Shown here: in pieces, positions 25,470 through 39,639 of the stretch | Layout: each line of letters begins with the position of its first letter | Numbering within the stretch: the stretch's first letter is position 1 | Origin: Paragordius varius | Lineage: Eukaryota > Animalia > Nematomorpha | Reading direction: 5' to 3' | Assembly (NCBI GenBank): GCA_964247055.1 | Contig: OZ176060.1 | Span: 434,001-498,000 of the forward strand | Length of the DNA stretch: 64,000 bases | Notes under the pieces: model-generated | Seen by the model: the letters and a program-made list of their open reading frames with translations, nothing else | What the model was told of the DNA's origin: nothing | Database searches by the model: none | Translations under genes and position numbers: made by a program

Positions 25470-26563
25470 TTCCAACATTTTGATTTATATTATGATTTAT
25501 TTTATATAAATAAATTTTTTTATATCTAAAAATAATATGCTTCTTATTCATATTTTTTGGGTAATTCGAAAATATCGGCTTAGTATATTTTGTGTGATTT
25601 AATTAGTAGAGGGTTTTATTATCGATCTTTTAAACCTCTAAAATTTTTAATAAATTTTATGTGAATATAGATTATTTTTCATATTGGTTGGTATTTGTAA
25701 TTACATATAAAACCGAAAAACATTGATTTTTACCTGTCTTTATTATAGTATGTGAAAATATTTCAAGACTATGTATAATTTACAAGGCAAAACCTAAAAA
25801 ACAAGAAAAAACTAAATTTTTAGTAAATTTATTATAAACCGTAATTTTTACCTGTATTTATTATAATGTCCAAAATATGTAGTAATTATTTACAACTAAC
25901 AATGCAAAACCTAAAAAACAAAAAAAAAACTAAATTTTTAGTAAATTTATTAAAAACCGGAATTTTTACCTCTATTTATTATAATGTCCAAAATATGTAG
26001 TAATTATTTACAACTAACAATGCAAAACCTAAAAAACAAAAAAAAAACTAAATTTTTAGGAAATTTATCAAAAACCGCAATTTTTACCTGATAAAAATAA
26101 TGCAAAACATAAAAGACAAAAATCTACTTAAATTTTCACAAATATATATTTACCTGTGTTTTTTTAATTAGTAATAACAACTATATAAAATTATAATACC
26201 AAGATTAATTAATACAGGTATTTAGCATGTTGAAAAATATTTATTATTAAATTTAGGAATAATTAACATAAAATATTTTAAAATACGTATTTATTTATTA
26301 ATTTATCAAAGATAAAAACCCACAAAATTCCGCATCTAAATGCGTAACAACAATATTACAAATGTTAACATAAATTGCTATCATATTCTCAAAATCTAAC
26401 ATTACAAAATCCATCAAATTAAAGCCTATGTTAATTCTCACGTCAATCCTCTTTCATATGTGTACTACGAAATAATTTCGTGGGTCAGTATTTTACGCAT
26501 TGGATAAACCATTTATGTTCGACTGGCAATAAAATTACTGAACATACATTAAAATGCATACTG
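25470..26563 (-). repeat. Right long TIR of the 7.36-kb element
   Basis: Reverse complement of 19204-22220 with most of the tandem array missing. Confidence 0.9.
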
Positions 26564-28090
26564 TAAAACTATTCAGATATATTTTAACCATTTTACTATA
26601 ATACGGTTTAAAAAAATTAACGAAAAAAAATAGCGGCGAAAAGTTGAGATGTTATAAATACTAAAAGGGATATTTTAAATATTGACCCAGTAAAAATATT
26701 ACTTAAGGTACAATATTAAATGCGAGTATGAAATTACGCCAAAAGTTTATGATATATTAATAAAATATTTATTTATAGCCAAAAATTAAAAATATCTGGG
26801 AGACTTTAATAGCCACATTGGCGATAGTGTGGTATTATATATTTGAAAAATATTTAATGGTTATACACTTTATGGATATAAGAATGTTGCTATTTTTAAC
26901 CCTGTAAAGAATAAACTTTTAGTTAAATCATTTAAATTATAATTAGTCAAGGGTTTGAACTAAATAGTTAATCCATTTATAAATACACCATCTATATAAT
27001 TACTTTTTAAAATAACCGGCCTCCAATTGTTAAAATAAAACAGGCTAAATGATCTTTCAATGGTTTGTAGAAAAAATGTGTTTCAGAAATGTTTTATCCT
27101 TAGTATATTCTATAAGCTTCTATTAATGTACATATACAGGGATGATGTTCAATAACTAAAACATTTATATTATAAGTTGGGCAACATTACGAAATTTCAG
27201 ATAAATTGAGTTATAACTTCAAACAGCTCCCTGATTTTATATTGACGTTTTCACATTCCGAATATATACATAAAAATCAGAATTTATTAATTCTAAAAAT
27301 TTTATAATTAAAGTTTAATTGTTAAAACTCTCTAGAAGGTCATAATTTTAATTAAACGTAAAATATGATTGTTATTATTAATACAACTTTGACGTAATGT
27401 TCTATTTATAAAGCATTCGATTGGAGATGATGTTCTGATATTTAACAAAAATTGATATAATTAAACATTTTTCTATTCCTTTTCCACCAGCTTCAAGGTG
27501 GGCGTCCTTATATGGTAATAGAAGAAGATATTCCAATAATTTAAAAACAATATAATCTATCTATAAATATATCAACTAAAAATATGTAAAACATGTAAAT
27601 GTCTTTTATATGAACAATGTGATTTGGTAAATACTCTAGGTTTTCCATAGAAGAAATAGGGTTTACGGTTTAATTGACTTACACTTAATGTAAACCCTTA
27701 TTATAAAAATGAATAAATTAAAAAATATTTTGGTGATTCAGGTGAAAAATTAATAAATATTTAACCAAATTATATATTAAATGAATAAAACTAAAAAGAA
27801 ATCCGCTCTATTACTACAGTGTATTGTTTACAAAATACATAGAAACAAGAAATAAAATTTAAAAATAAAATCTAGATATACAGAAATATCTCATATTTTT
27901 TGGAAAGATAAGTAAAGATATAACATATTGTGCAGTCAAAACACTCAGCTTCTTGTGAAGGTTGTAATTATTCGTTATCAAAAAAATTATCTGTTTTTTA
28001 AGATGGCATATATCTATATGCCTGTACGCTTTTTATGTGATTTATTTAATAATTTTTAATGACTAATAGGACTTTTGTTTTAAAGCTATA

Positions 28091-28374
28091 CAGTAGCGTA
28101 TGATATAAAAAAATTTGTCCATAACTTATTAAAAATGAAATTTGAAACATAAAAAAATCAAAAGTAAAGTAACATATAATGGAATATAAATACTAATTTC
28201 GTAAATAAAGTTATTTATTCAAATTATTTATTAAACAATTTCCAAAAATTTAATAAATAATTTAATTTTATGGAAACAAATGTTTATTTCACGCCGTTTG
28301 TTTTTTACTCATACGATACTGTATTGCCATTGGCTAAATATAATGTGAAGTAGGCAACAATAAAGTGGGTACTG
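28091..28374. mobile_element. MITE-like family B (ends CAGTA... / ...AATAAAGTGGGTACTG|TA)
   Basis: TA|CAGTAGCG ... GGGTACTG|TA. Copies at about 4979-5140, 13245-13430 (-), 17550-17866, 43656-43860 and a right end near 46945. Confidence 0.7.
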
Positions 28375-29059
28375 TATATACTCTAAGTTTTCTACACTAA
28401 CAAATAGTCTCTACGGTTTAATCAGCGTGTAGCGCCTTTTCAATGTAATTGTCAGTTTAAACTTTACAGAATATTACGTTTTATTCGGTTCAAAAAAACC
28501 GTTAAGCATTAAGAAACTAAAACTATAAATATCAAAAACTTTAAAAATATATAAATAAATAATTTAAAATTTTTCAGCCACAATATATTTTATTCTAAAA
28601 AAATACCATATACACAAACTTATATATAAAATTCGTTGAATTAACAAAAAAGCAAAATATTTACCTAAGATATTAAGGTGCTTATTTGTAAATAAACATA
28701 GAAATATGAAATTAAAAAATAAAATGAAATCCCAGATTAAGACCTAATTATAACTCAAATATAATTACAATTATACTGATAACGTATAGTATAAAAAAAT
28801 TTTATTTCAAAAACCTGCTGAACTTTTTTAAACATGATTTTTTGACTCTTTGTTAAAAACTTAAAAAGTTTGAAATAGAAATGTAAATTGGTAACGGAAA
28901 TGAAATATGTATTTACAATTAGAATTATATATATGTAGAAGTATGAAAAAATTAGGTTGTCTATGTAGAAAATTATCCTAAGTTTTGTCCGTATTTTTAA
29001 TTTTTACTTTATTTATACAAAGTTTTGATAAATAATTTTTATTTCTAGAATCAAAACAT

Positions 29060-29560
29060 AGCTGCTCATCTAAATTAATTAATCTGATTTCATAAATAGA
29101 TGGCAAATATATTGAGATGATTTTCCCCTTTGGTAACTGTCAATATTAAGGCATTAATTGAAAATATTTAATATGAGAAAATTGTCGGATTAATATCCCT
29201 CTCGAATTATTAAGGAAATGTCATATAAAAACATAATTAATAAAATTATATGTGAGTGTGCTTTTATCATCGTTTGTGAAGTCCTCCTTTAACAAACTAT
29301 TTTAATTTTTGGCTAACATTACAATTAACATAAAAAAACACTTTTAAAAAGAGGTAAATATTATTGATTGAAAAAGGAAAATGATTAAATATATTGTAAT
29401 TGGTTAATATTAATCATATAAATTTTTAAAAGTCCTCACCCGTACAAGATATGTTTTATAGAAAAAATAAAAACGAAATTAGGAGGTTATATATTTGTTG
29501 TAGTTTTTGTTTTAAACATTTTCAATATTAGGCGCATATTAGTGTTGATTATTTATAATT
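29060..29560 (+). repeat. Family H copy with the unoccupied site TAAAAAAACACTT (29331-29343)
   Basis: The left part matches 44235-44524 and the right part matches the reverse complement of 53300-53409. Confidence 0.8.
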
Positions 29561-31940
29561 AAAATGATTTAATCAATACATTGGTATTTAGTTTTGTACT
29601 ATATTACATATTAAATTTATCCACAAATTTATTTTATTAGTTATATAATAATACTTCCCTTTCTGTTTATGATGCCCGAATAGAAATATAACAGTCTATT
29701 CAAAGAAAATGTTTTTTTCGCGTTTTTAAATTTTTAATATGATATAATATGTTCTTTTAATAAATGGTGTAATAACATACCATTACAAATACACAATATA
29801 TTATCAAATAATTTAAAAAAATAAAAATGATGGTTTTTTATTTAAAATATATATTGAATAAAAATAAGATTTTGTTTTATTTGTGTCTAGAAATCTAAAA
29901 ATTATTTTTCATTCATACTCCTTTATTGGGTCAATTATCATTCCAACATAATATATTTACATTTTTAGAGTGTTTTGTTATAATAAATTAAAAATAGGTT
30001 ATTATTAAAAACATATAAAGAAAATTGGCATATTCTTAACACCATTTCATATTTTTTGAAATGAAAATACTACTAAAAAATTATCATAAAACCATAAAAA
30101 CGAAAACTAACTTTTTAGGTAAAAATTTATATATATATTTATTAGATGTATGAAAATTTATTTTTTATGTAATAACCGTTGACTACTTGCTCTGAACTAA
30201 TTCTCAACTTCAAACAGAAGAAAGTCAAATTAATTAAATTTAATTTAGCTATACATTATTTTATAATTTACTTTACGTAAAATACATATGTGCATTTTAG
30301 AGTGGAATATATTGTGATTTCATTGTAAAACGCGTTATCTTTCACTTTAGCAAGTGAATAGTCAAATTATTTAATAATGTGTGCGTATATAATTAATATA
30401 ATAGAAATCGCTGAAAGTTGAAACAATTATAATATTCTTTATATATTTTTTTTCGTTAATCTATAACATTATTTACCTTGTTACATTTTTTATATAATTT
30501 TAAGACATTTATTTAAAAAATTTTACTAATGAAGAATAAAAAAAGTTTACTTATTAGATTATAGCTGTATATAACATATCTATTAAAATAATTCAAAAGC
30601 CAATTTTAATGTAAAAAAAATAACAATTAAATATTAACTTTTTAAATTAAATATTTTATTTCAATATATTTGCCGTGTATTTAAAAAATCGTATTATTCC
30701 ATTAACAATTAAAAAACTTTCTAAATTATTAATATTTTTTGAAAGAAATATCAAGTGTTTCCACAATTAGTTCATATGACATCCGGATACATTTTCAACC
30801 GAAATTCCAAATGTTAACGATCTCTGATTAGTTTTCTTTAGACATTCAAATCTACGCTTTAAGAAAATGGTAGAGTATTTTAGTTTAAAATTCACCACAT
30901 TATCAAACGGAGATAAAACGGAAATGTATTCGAAAATCTTTTATCCAATATCATCGACATTTTTAAAGGCATCATTTCGGATTAATTCAAATATAAAAAA
31001 TGTTTTAAATCACTGTTATTTAATTGATTTAAAAAAAGCGATATTGCATCAAAAAGCAAGTTCTATAAGAATTCTAGAAATCTCTCGTCACAGTTAAATA
31101 AATGCTGTAGTAAAAATTGTCATGATCTTTAAATCAGGACCACTTAACCGTATCTGTATTAACTAGTTAACCATGTCATTTATTTAACTAAACGCAAAAT
31201 TTCAGCGCCATCTTGAAATATATGTCCATTATTAACAACCTGGTATGCATAATCCATAAGTTAGATTATAAAAATCTTTGCCAAGAGCTACAAATCCATT
31301 TTTTACTTTAATCATCTAATATCCGTCGCAAGATGTACAGTTAATTATCCAGTGTAAATTTAATAAAATAAAAAATGTAAATTTAGTATTTGTACACTAA
31401 TTGTGGCAACCAGAGCTCTTGTGTATCACCATTATATTGATAAAATTAAGATTTTATATGTAAATTACCCAAAAATATTTATTTTTGTAATCTTTATTTT
31501 AAAATGGCTTGTGCTAGTCACCTCAAACTTTAATTATAAATATATAATTTGTGTAATCAATCTTTTTATGCGTACCCGCATGAAAATTTCTCCATAAAAA
31601 TTAGCCCGAGGGAATAAAAGTTGGCCGCCCCTTATTTAAAGGTACCAAATCAATTATAAAGTGGTTTTCATTGGATTTAATAACGTTTTGATCTTCGCTG
31701 TAAGGCTGATTTGATATAGGTTGTTGAGTTTTTCTTTCTATCTTCCCATAATTAAAAAAGATTATGAATCATCATAAGTGAAATCCTCATTCTCCAATTA
31801 ATTAATTAGATAACATATATAATAAATCTTGTTTAGAATAATTGGCTTAAACTACCTTAATCTAATTGAAAAAATATTTATTCCTTACAGTGTGTAAATA
31901 GGCATTTTCACTTTTATGAAGTTAATAAATAATTAATATA

Positions 31941-32213
31941 CAGTAAAAATTGATATTATGGGCAAAAAACGTAAAAATATAAAATTTTTAATAAATATAC
32001 TTATTCAAACCTTAATTTATCCTATTAGAAAAATTTAATGTCAATCTCATAATACATATATTACTTGTGTTATTTTAAATCTTCATTTCCTACTTTATAT
32101 TTTGAAACAATGAGTTATCGTTATAAAAATTAAGATATAAAAAGTATGGTTGTCTTTTAAAAAAATATCTTTATTTATATTTATAATTTTTGTCCGTATT
32201 TCAATTTTTGGTG
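31941..32213. mobile_element. MITE family A copy
   Basis: TA|CAGTAAAAATTGATATTATGGG ... TCCGTATTTCAATTTTTGGTG|TA. Confidence 0.75.
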
Positions 32214-34559
32214 TAATATATAAAAATAAACTATCTGAACGTTAACGCTTGCTATCTCCAACAAAACTCAAATTTTTGACTGTAAATAAATATTTCTTTA
32301 ATTGTTTAATTAACAATAATTTCAATTTAATTATTTTAAAACGTTCCTAAAATCTGAATTTGACCCTATACGCCCCCTCAAGTAAGTTATGAGCACTCAG
32401 AAAAACTTATTCTATATTCTCCTGTAATAATAAATAAAAAAGCGCATATATTATATACTAGGTATAAATAATTGCTTTCCCATTTGTAAAAATTGTAAAT
32501 ATAGAAAAATCATAAACATATAAAGACAAATATATCTACAAAGTAATTATTTTGAATATTCTTTATCGTATTTGGTTGAAAAGTTGGGGGGATGTATACA
32601 CCTAATATTATACAATAAATTGGCAAAAATTAACTTTTCAATGAAAATGATTGTCTTTAGGAAAAAAACACTTGTTTTGATATATATACGTTTGGTGTGT
32701 ATATTTCAGTTTTGGTATATACCTAAAACGATTATTTATAAAAATATTAAATTTACAAAGTATGGTTTTTTTGAAAGATATTGTTTGTTATTTCCTTTTA
32801 TCTGTATATTTTAAGTTTTTATTGTAATTAACATTACTTTCTAAATTAAATAACATTAATTAAATTATTAATAGTAATGTTAGGTTACTGAGAATCACGC
32901 ATGAAATTTCAACTGATAAAATGTGTTTTTTTAAAAAAATTCCCAAAAATGGCACACATAGGGAAAATTAATTAAAAGAAATAATAAATTTTTAGTATTT
33001 TTCTTGAAAATTATGTTAATATATACAAGATTTTTCATTTTAATAAATTTTAGAAATTATAATGAAAACCCATTTTATATTTTAGTTCTCAATTTGAGTT
33101 TTATATTGTTTTTAAAAACTTAAAAAGATTGTGGCATTAATAACTGACTAATACGTAAACTAATAATATTTATTATTGAAAAAAGAGAATATTAATTAAT
33201 TAATATTAAAGTTTTAGATTTTATAAACTGTCCATTTTCGCTTTTAATTTTTTGGAGACGATATTTTGGGGGCATTTCATAATGAAGCTTAGTAAATAGA
33301 CTAGTTTTAAGTGTTTTGCTTAATAAAATTATTAATCTCTCTAGGTATTAGATAAAAATAGAATTCACACTAAACCTCTAGAAATTCAGATAGTTCCAAA
33401 ACACAATACAAACAGTTGATAAAATTAAATATATTTCCGGTAATTTACAATAATAGAAACTATCGTTAATTTATCTTTTCCCTTAATAAACACTGTTTGC
33501 GTGCTGTATTTACGGTTTAAAGTAATTAAAGAACAAAATAGCGACGAAAATGTGGGTTTATTTAACAATTATAGTTGCTCTAAAATTTCATCCTAAAAGG
33601 CATATTTTAAAAGGAGCCCCGTGCTAAAAATATTTATTAAGATATTAAATTATTAAGAGGCTTTGGGGCCATGTGAATAAGCCTTCCTCATCCTGTTGAA
33701 ATGGAGGAATTTTTGAGCCTGGTTTTTTTCAGGATTAAGGTTATTTCAAAAGCCGATATCTCGCGAACTAGGAAGAATTTTGGAATCTGAAAACTGTATG
33801 AGCCTAAATAAAGTAAATTTAATATATGTATATGGTAGGTTATGGAAATTTTGTGACATATATTTTCGGGAGATGCTTGTTTAAGATTATAATGTTTTAG
33901 TGCTTTATTTTTATATATTTAGGCAAGAAATGATAGTTAGTTCAAGTTTATAAGCAGGTTCAACTGAATATTTAAAAAATCATTGTATAACTACTGATGT
34001 GTTTTTTCAAGAATTTAGAATATATCAAATAATTTTTTCCTCACTTAAAACCATTCTAAATGGTAACATCATCAGGAATACTATCGATTATATTTAAATT
34101 TGGTTTGAATTCAGTAATATATATTTCAAAAACCATAAATGACGAAAATGAGTTAGCAAAGTTTATATCAGAAGATCAACACCTCATATCGAATAGCCAT
34201 CAGACAGGAGTAGATCGGAGAAACGAATTAATTTGACATATGTTTATTAATAATTTATTTTTACACAAAAAGTAAGTATATTTTATAAATATTTAAATAT
34301 TGATCATTTCTTGGCTAAAGCCTTCCAGACCTTAAGCTTTTCATCATTGCTAAATTTATTTACGGTTTCATAAAGATGCACGGATATATAATAATATAAA
34401 CAACACTTTTTAATAAGACCCACATATAAATCGCGTGTAAAACTGTTTTCATCATATTGATAAAAATTCAAAACAGGCTTTCGCCATTGCTAAATTTATT
34501 TACGGTATTTATAAAGATTATATATACATATATATGATGATAAGTATATTATATTTTTT

Positions 34560-35560
34560 AACTTTATAAAAGGAACAAAAGGTAAATATTGATACCTTGC
34601 AAAGAATAAATATTTATTTAAACACAGTTATTTATTTTTGCCCCTTATATATATACATAATTATATTTAGTCAAAAAATATGCCATCTCTTTAATTAATG
34701 TAAAGGTTTACGACTCTGCCATTTTCAATTTAAAATACATGCTAAATTCTGGATTTTATAGGTTTGTTTGTTATTTGATATAATTTCTCCGAATATTGTT
34801 ACTCGTTTTTTTAAATTAATTTTGTAGAAAGGATATAAAAAAGCTTTCAAAAAACTTTTTTCATATAATTCAATCGTGATAAACATTTGAAAAGGTAGAG
34901 AATTTTAATTATAAAAATTTGTTTGCTTGCAAATTATTCGGATTGTAAAAAGATTTATGGATACAAACAGATCTAATCGAAGTTCTGAGGTGATTAAAAT
35001 GTTTAGCATCATTACGTGGAAAATGTGTTTTTATAATATCTTAAAACTCTTTTACACTGTTTCCATCATACCTCAATTATAGTATGAAATACGTTTCAAC
35101 GAAATTTTTCTAAAAATTAAATTTTAAAAATTTTGCATTATTTTATAAATTTTTTTAGAATTAAATTTTAACATATATATAAGTATCGCGCAATCCTGAC
35201 ATTTTTGCGTTTATTTTAAAAGGAGTAGCCCATTTTGGAAGAGCTAAAAAATTTGGGACTTTCACAGATTAAGTCTAAATAATAAAGTTTTTTTAAAATA
35301 TCGTTTTGCTTTTTATATGTTGTTTATGATATATTTTAATGATATTTTTTAAATTATCAGTTAATTTTTACTAAAAAAATTTTATTACAAAATGTGCTCA
35401 AATTTTGTCATTTTCTGTTATAGAACACTCACTACAAAAGTTTAAATAACTTTCTTATATTACTCGTAAGGCCCAATACCAAAAGAAGCACCATGATAAT
35501 CCTTAAACATTTTTTCCCGAGTATATATATTACATTTGATTTGTGAGACATTGAGTTATT
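34560..35560 (+). repeat. ~1-kb block duplicated at about 41430-42420 (fragment inverted at about 53900-54060)
   Basis: Colinear, moderately diverged matches (ACACAGTTA..TTATTTTT, ATATGCCATCT, AAAAAATTTGGGACTTTC). Confidence 0.75.
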
Positions 35561-35759
35561 ATCAATAACTATTGTTAACATATTTTTTAAAATAAAAAAT
35601 TTTGCTTTTACTAAAAAATTTTATTACAAAAAAGTGCGGAAATTCTGCCATTTTCTGATAAAGATCACTCACCATAAAACTGTTAATAATAACTTTCTTA
35701 AATCACTCGTAAAAGCAAAAACCAAAAGAAGCACCATAATAATCTTGACACATTTTCCT

Positions 35760-36760
35760 AATATAATACATGTATCATCTGTTCACATAAATATATTTTG
35801 TATAAAAATTATGATTTTCGCAAATGATATATATTTAGATTAATGTTATTTTATGAAGTTTTGCAAATGCATCTTTAATAAAATATTTGATATGCTATTT
35901 AACCGCTCTGTTCTGGACCTTTTTTTTGTAGAAAAAAAAATTACAGTAAAAATCAAAATTATACCGTCAAAACCTAAAAGTATAAACATAATTTTTTTTT
36001 TCTTTAGGACAACCATAATTTTATCTTGATTTCTTGATTAATTATAACTGATTGGCCTAAACTGCAGATTGTAAAATAGAGTTTAATTCGTAACAAATCT
36101 TTTTTTTACAAATAATTTTATAAATATTCACCTTTTTTACTTTAATACCATTCGCACTTTAAAAGTGTCCTTGAACACTTCAAGTTAGTCCTTGAACCTT
36201 TCAGGTTGATCTTGAACATTTAAAGTGGGTCCTTAAATACTTGAATTTAGTCATTTGACTTTTATCTTTTGTTTTTAATTTTTATCAATCAAATCGTTAA
36301 TCATTCATCTATTTATCGTTTTTAACTTATTTTCTAATACTAACATAAATATTAAATCAATATCAACTTTTAATAATTGAAAAACCGTATATCTTTATTA
36401 TTTTCTTTAAATTTAGGATATTTATAAGATGTTAACACCTAATTAAAAAATATATAAGTTTGCTGAGTTATTATTTTCAATTTCGAAGACAATTAAAAGT
36501 CAATAATTTTGTTGAATGGAAAAAATAGTTTGAGATAAAAAAGTGGTTTTTAAATAAAAAATTTTATATTTGAATAATATGAATAAAAAGGTAGGTTAAA
36601 AATCATAAAATACATTAAAATATTTTAAGGACCAACTTGAAGTGTTCAAGGACACTCTCGAAGTGATGGTATATGATAAGCATAACATATTCATATATAA
36701 TACTAAACTATAGCCAATGTGTTTAGATCACCTCATAATATATATTTCTGGTTAAATATA
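35760..36760 (+). repeat. ~1-kb block duplicated in inverted orientation at about 59210-60210
   Basis: 35760-36130 is near-identical to the reverse complement of 59840-60210. The remainder is clearly homologous but more diverged. Confidence 0.9.
36148..36669. mobile_element. MITE family C (TA-flanked, TIR CCAT...AGTGTCCTTGAACACTTCAAGTT)
   Basis: TA|CCATTCGCACTTTAAAAGTGTCCTTGAACACTTCAAGTT ... AACTTGAAGTGTTCAAGGACACTCTCGAAGTGATGG|TA. Paralog at 59295-59818. Confidence 0.75.
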
Positions 36761-37142
36761 TATATATTTTTAAATTAATTATCTAAACTAATTCAAATTT
36801 TTAAAAAGGAACTAAGGAGATTAAATGTTTTATTATGGCTATCAAAACTAGCTATTTTATCTAAAATATGTAACATATACCCCAGACACATTGTAAAAAC
36901 CTATTATAATAAAAATTAATTGATTCAAATGAAATTCTAAGGGTTAAACAGGCAAAAATTTTAGTTTAGGAAAAACAATCAAGATATTACACATAGGAGA
37001 GTTTAAAACCCAAAAGTTTAGTTTACACAAATAAGTTGTATATATTTTGGCATTTGTTTCGTATGAATATTTTCAAACATACTTATAAAATTTCAAATTA
37101 ATCAATTAGACTTAATGGAAAATAAAATATAATAATCTATAA

Positions 37143-39629
37143 CAGTGATACTCAAACCGCGGCCCGCGGGCCGCATGCTAAGGGTGCTTTAAAATTGCCC
37201 TATGACCATATTGATACTTATTTTTTTTATTCATGTGTTTTTAAAATACACATAAACGAATTTTCGCTTATTTTAATATTAATTTATTTCTTTAGATTTA
37301 ATTTTGGTAATTTTTATATTTTACCCAATTCAAAATGTATAAAAATTTCCATATAGTAAATGGTTTCAAAATTTTGGCACACGGTGTTTCTCTTTGTGTA
37401 TTCTATTTTCTTTTCTATTTTTCGTTGTAAAGCAAGCCTTTCACCCAAATTTGCAGATACATATTCTTTTCATTGCTATTCTGCATCATTTTATATAACT
37501 CATTCCAATAAAATCAAATCAACATCATTAAATTTCGACCTGTTTTTTATAACATAATTTAAATTATATTCCTATTTTTGAAAAAAATTTACATAATATT
37601 TACTAATAAATTCAAGAGATAATATTTAAACATAAATTCAAAGGATGACATCTAATGCTAAGTAAAATATCCGATGAAAATCGCTCCTTTAAAGAATGTG
37701 AAAAAAAATTATTTGTCGTTTTAAATATAATTGTTGTTACCTGCCTTATATGTAAGGACAACATAATTATAAAAAAATACAATATTGAAAGAATTTTACA
37801 ATCCATTTTTTCTCATAAATTACCACAAAATCAAGAGGAAAAACGAAAAATATAAAAAGATTAAGGAATTATACCAGAAAAAAAAATCTATTATCATAGC
37901 TTTCTCCCAGGAAAAAGTTTAATTAGCTTCGTATGAAATTTGTTATATTTTAGGAAAAAATATGAAACCGTTTATTCCCAACTAAAAGAATGTCTAATAA
38001 ATGGTTGCACTTTTTTATTTGATAAATTACATATAAAGATCAAATCATGAGGCATATTAAAAAACTTCAACTTTCTGCAACATGTGCTCGACGCATTGAA
38101 GATATGTCTAAATATATTTTTTAAAATACATTATTGGCTCTGAAAAACTGCAAATATTTTAGTAATGCTATTGATTCTAGCATTGATATTAGTACAACAC
38201 CTCAATGTGGGCTCTTCGTAAGATTTTGCAACGACAACATAATTAACGATAAATATTTAAAATTTATACCAATGAATAATACCACGAAAGGAAGTGATTT
38301 TCTCGAAATAATTAACACTCTTTTCGATAATAATGGTATATCTATGAAAAATTGGTTTTGATCTGCACAGATGGCTGTCCCTCTATGATTGGAATAAAAA
38401 AAGTATTTATTACTCTTTTGAAAAACAAATATAATTTGCAAATATTTGATCCTTTCAGTGCTTTATACATCGGCAAAAATTGGTTTCGGTGTAAAAGATA
38501 AATCACTCAATTCAGTAATTAAAACGGTTGTGGATATATTTAACCACATCCGTGGCAGAGAATTCAACCGCCGTAAATTCAAAAACCTTCTAAAAGTAAC
38601 CCACAGTGAGTTTGATGATTTTGTACACCGCTGTAAGATGGCTAATGCAAAGTATTAAATAGATTTTTTGTTTTAAGACATGAAATTCTATTGTTTATAA
38701 AACATAATAGAAAGTTTGACGATAGTGACAAATGATGAGTTTAGCCTAACTTTGCGATATTATTTATATACTTTGTATATGTTAATACTAGTCTTCAAGG
38801 GTGCAAAATAATAACCCAATTTGCTAATTAAATATTTGCTTTTAAGGAAAACCTAATAATGTATTAACAAGATTTTATTAATTAAACACTTCTATGTATT
38901 CCAACACTAAAAACTATTTAGGAAGAAAATATGGAATTAAGCGCGGAGATTAATTTAATTATAGAAAATTATTTAACATTTTTATCTAAAGAAATGAAAT
39001 TCAGATTTCAAGAATTAAGAAATATTAAAAATTGCTTAAAACTGATATGGATATATTTAATGTAAACAACTTGAGCATTTCGGTTTTGATCAGGCGCATA
39101 TCATTGAAAAATTTGTAGACTGTAAATATGATTCCAATTTGGAGGCTATATCAAGGCTAATCGTAGAGAAGAAAGATATGTAGAGTTTTGGCAAGATTTG
39201 CCAAATATATGAAAATATAAAAAAATGTGCTCAAGTTACCCTAACTGTTTTTCCCTCAACTTACACGTTTGAGACGGCATATTCAAAAATAGAGTGTATC
39301 AAAAATACATACAGAAATAGCTTAATCGATGATCATATGGACGACGTATTAAGATTGGCCTGTCATGAGGCGAAACTAAATTTGTCAAAAATTTTTGGTT
39401 ATTTCAAAATAAATATAGTTATCAAAATATTTTAATTTTTTAAAATAAAAGGTGCAAAACAAGTTTTAGCTGGATTTACATGCGATCCTCGTAAATTTAT
39501 TGTGCTGATTTAGAGTATAAATATGTGCATATGTGTCAAATAGCTATGGAATCCATTATAAGGTTTATGGCCCTCGAAAAAAATATATATTTTATTTGGC
39601 CCGTCAGATTTTTTTGGTGAGTATAAATT
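37143..39629 (+). mobile_element. Decayed hAT transposon (Buster/Charlie/SPIN-like, GTF2IRD2-type transposase)
   Basis: Left end CAGTGATACTCAAACCGCGGCCCGCGGGCCGCATG; degenerate right end TTTGGCCCG...TGAGTAT. Fragments CLICKD..KKYNIER, ASYEICYILGK, YFSNAIDSSIDISTTPQCGLFVRF, TTKGSDF, TDGCPSMIG, TVVDIFNHIRGR, FPSTYTFETAYSKI..IKNTYRNSL. Many frameshifts. Confidence 0.9.
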
Positions 39630-39639
39630 CAATTCTACA

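Larger units (their letters stand above)
19204..26563 (+). mobile_element. 7.36-kb Tc1/IS630-superfamily DNA transposon with foldback-like long TIRs
   Basis: TA|CAGTATGCATTTTAATGTATG at 19202-19224 and CATACATTAAAATGCATACTG|TA ending at 26563-26565. Inverted similarity 19204-22220 vs 25470-26563. The paralogous left flank at about 48330-48350 has no insertion. DDE transposase inside. Confidence 0.93.
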
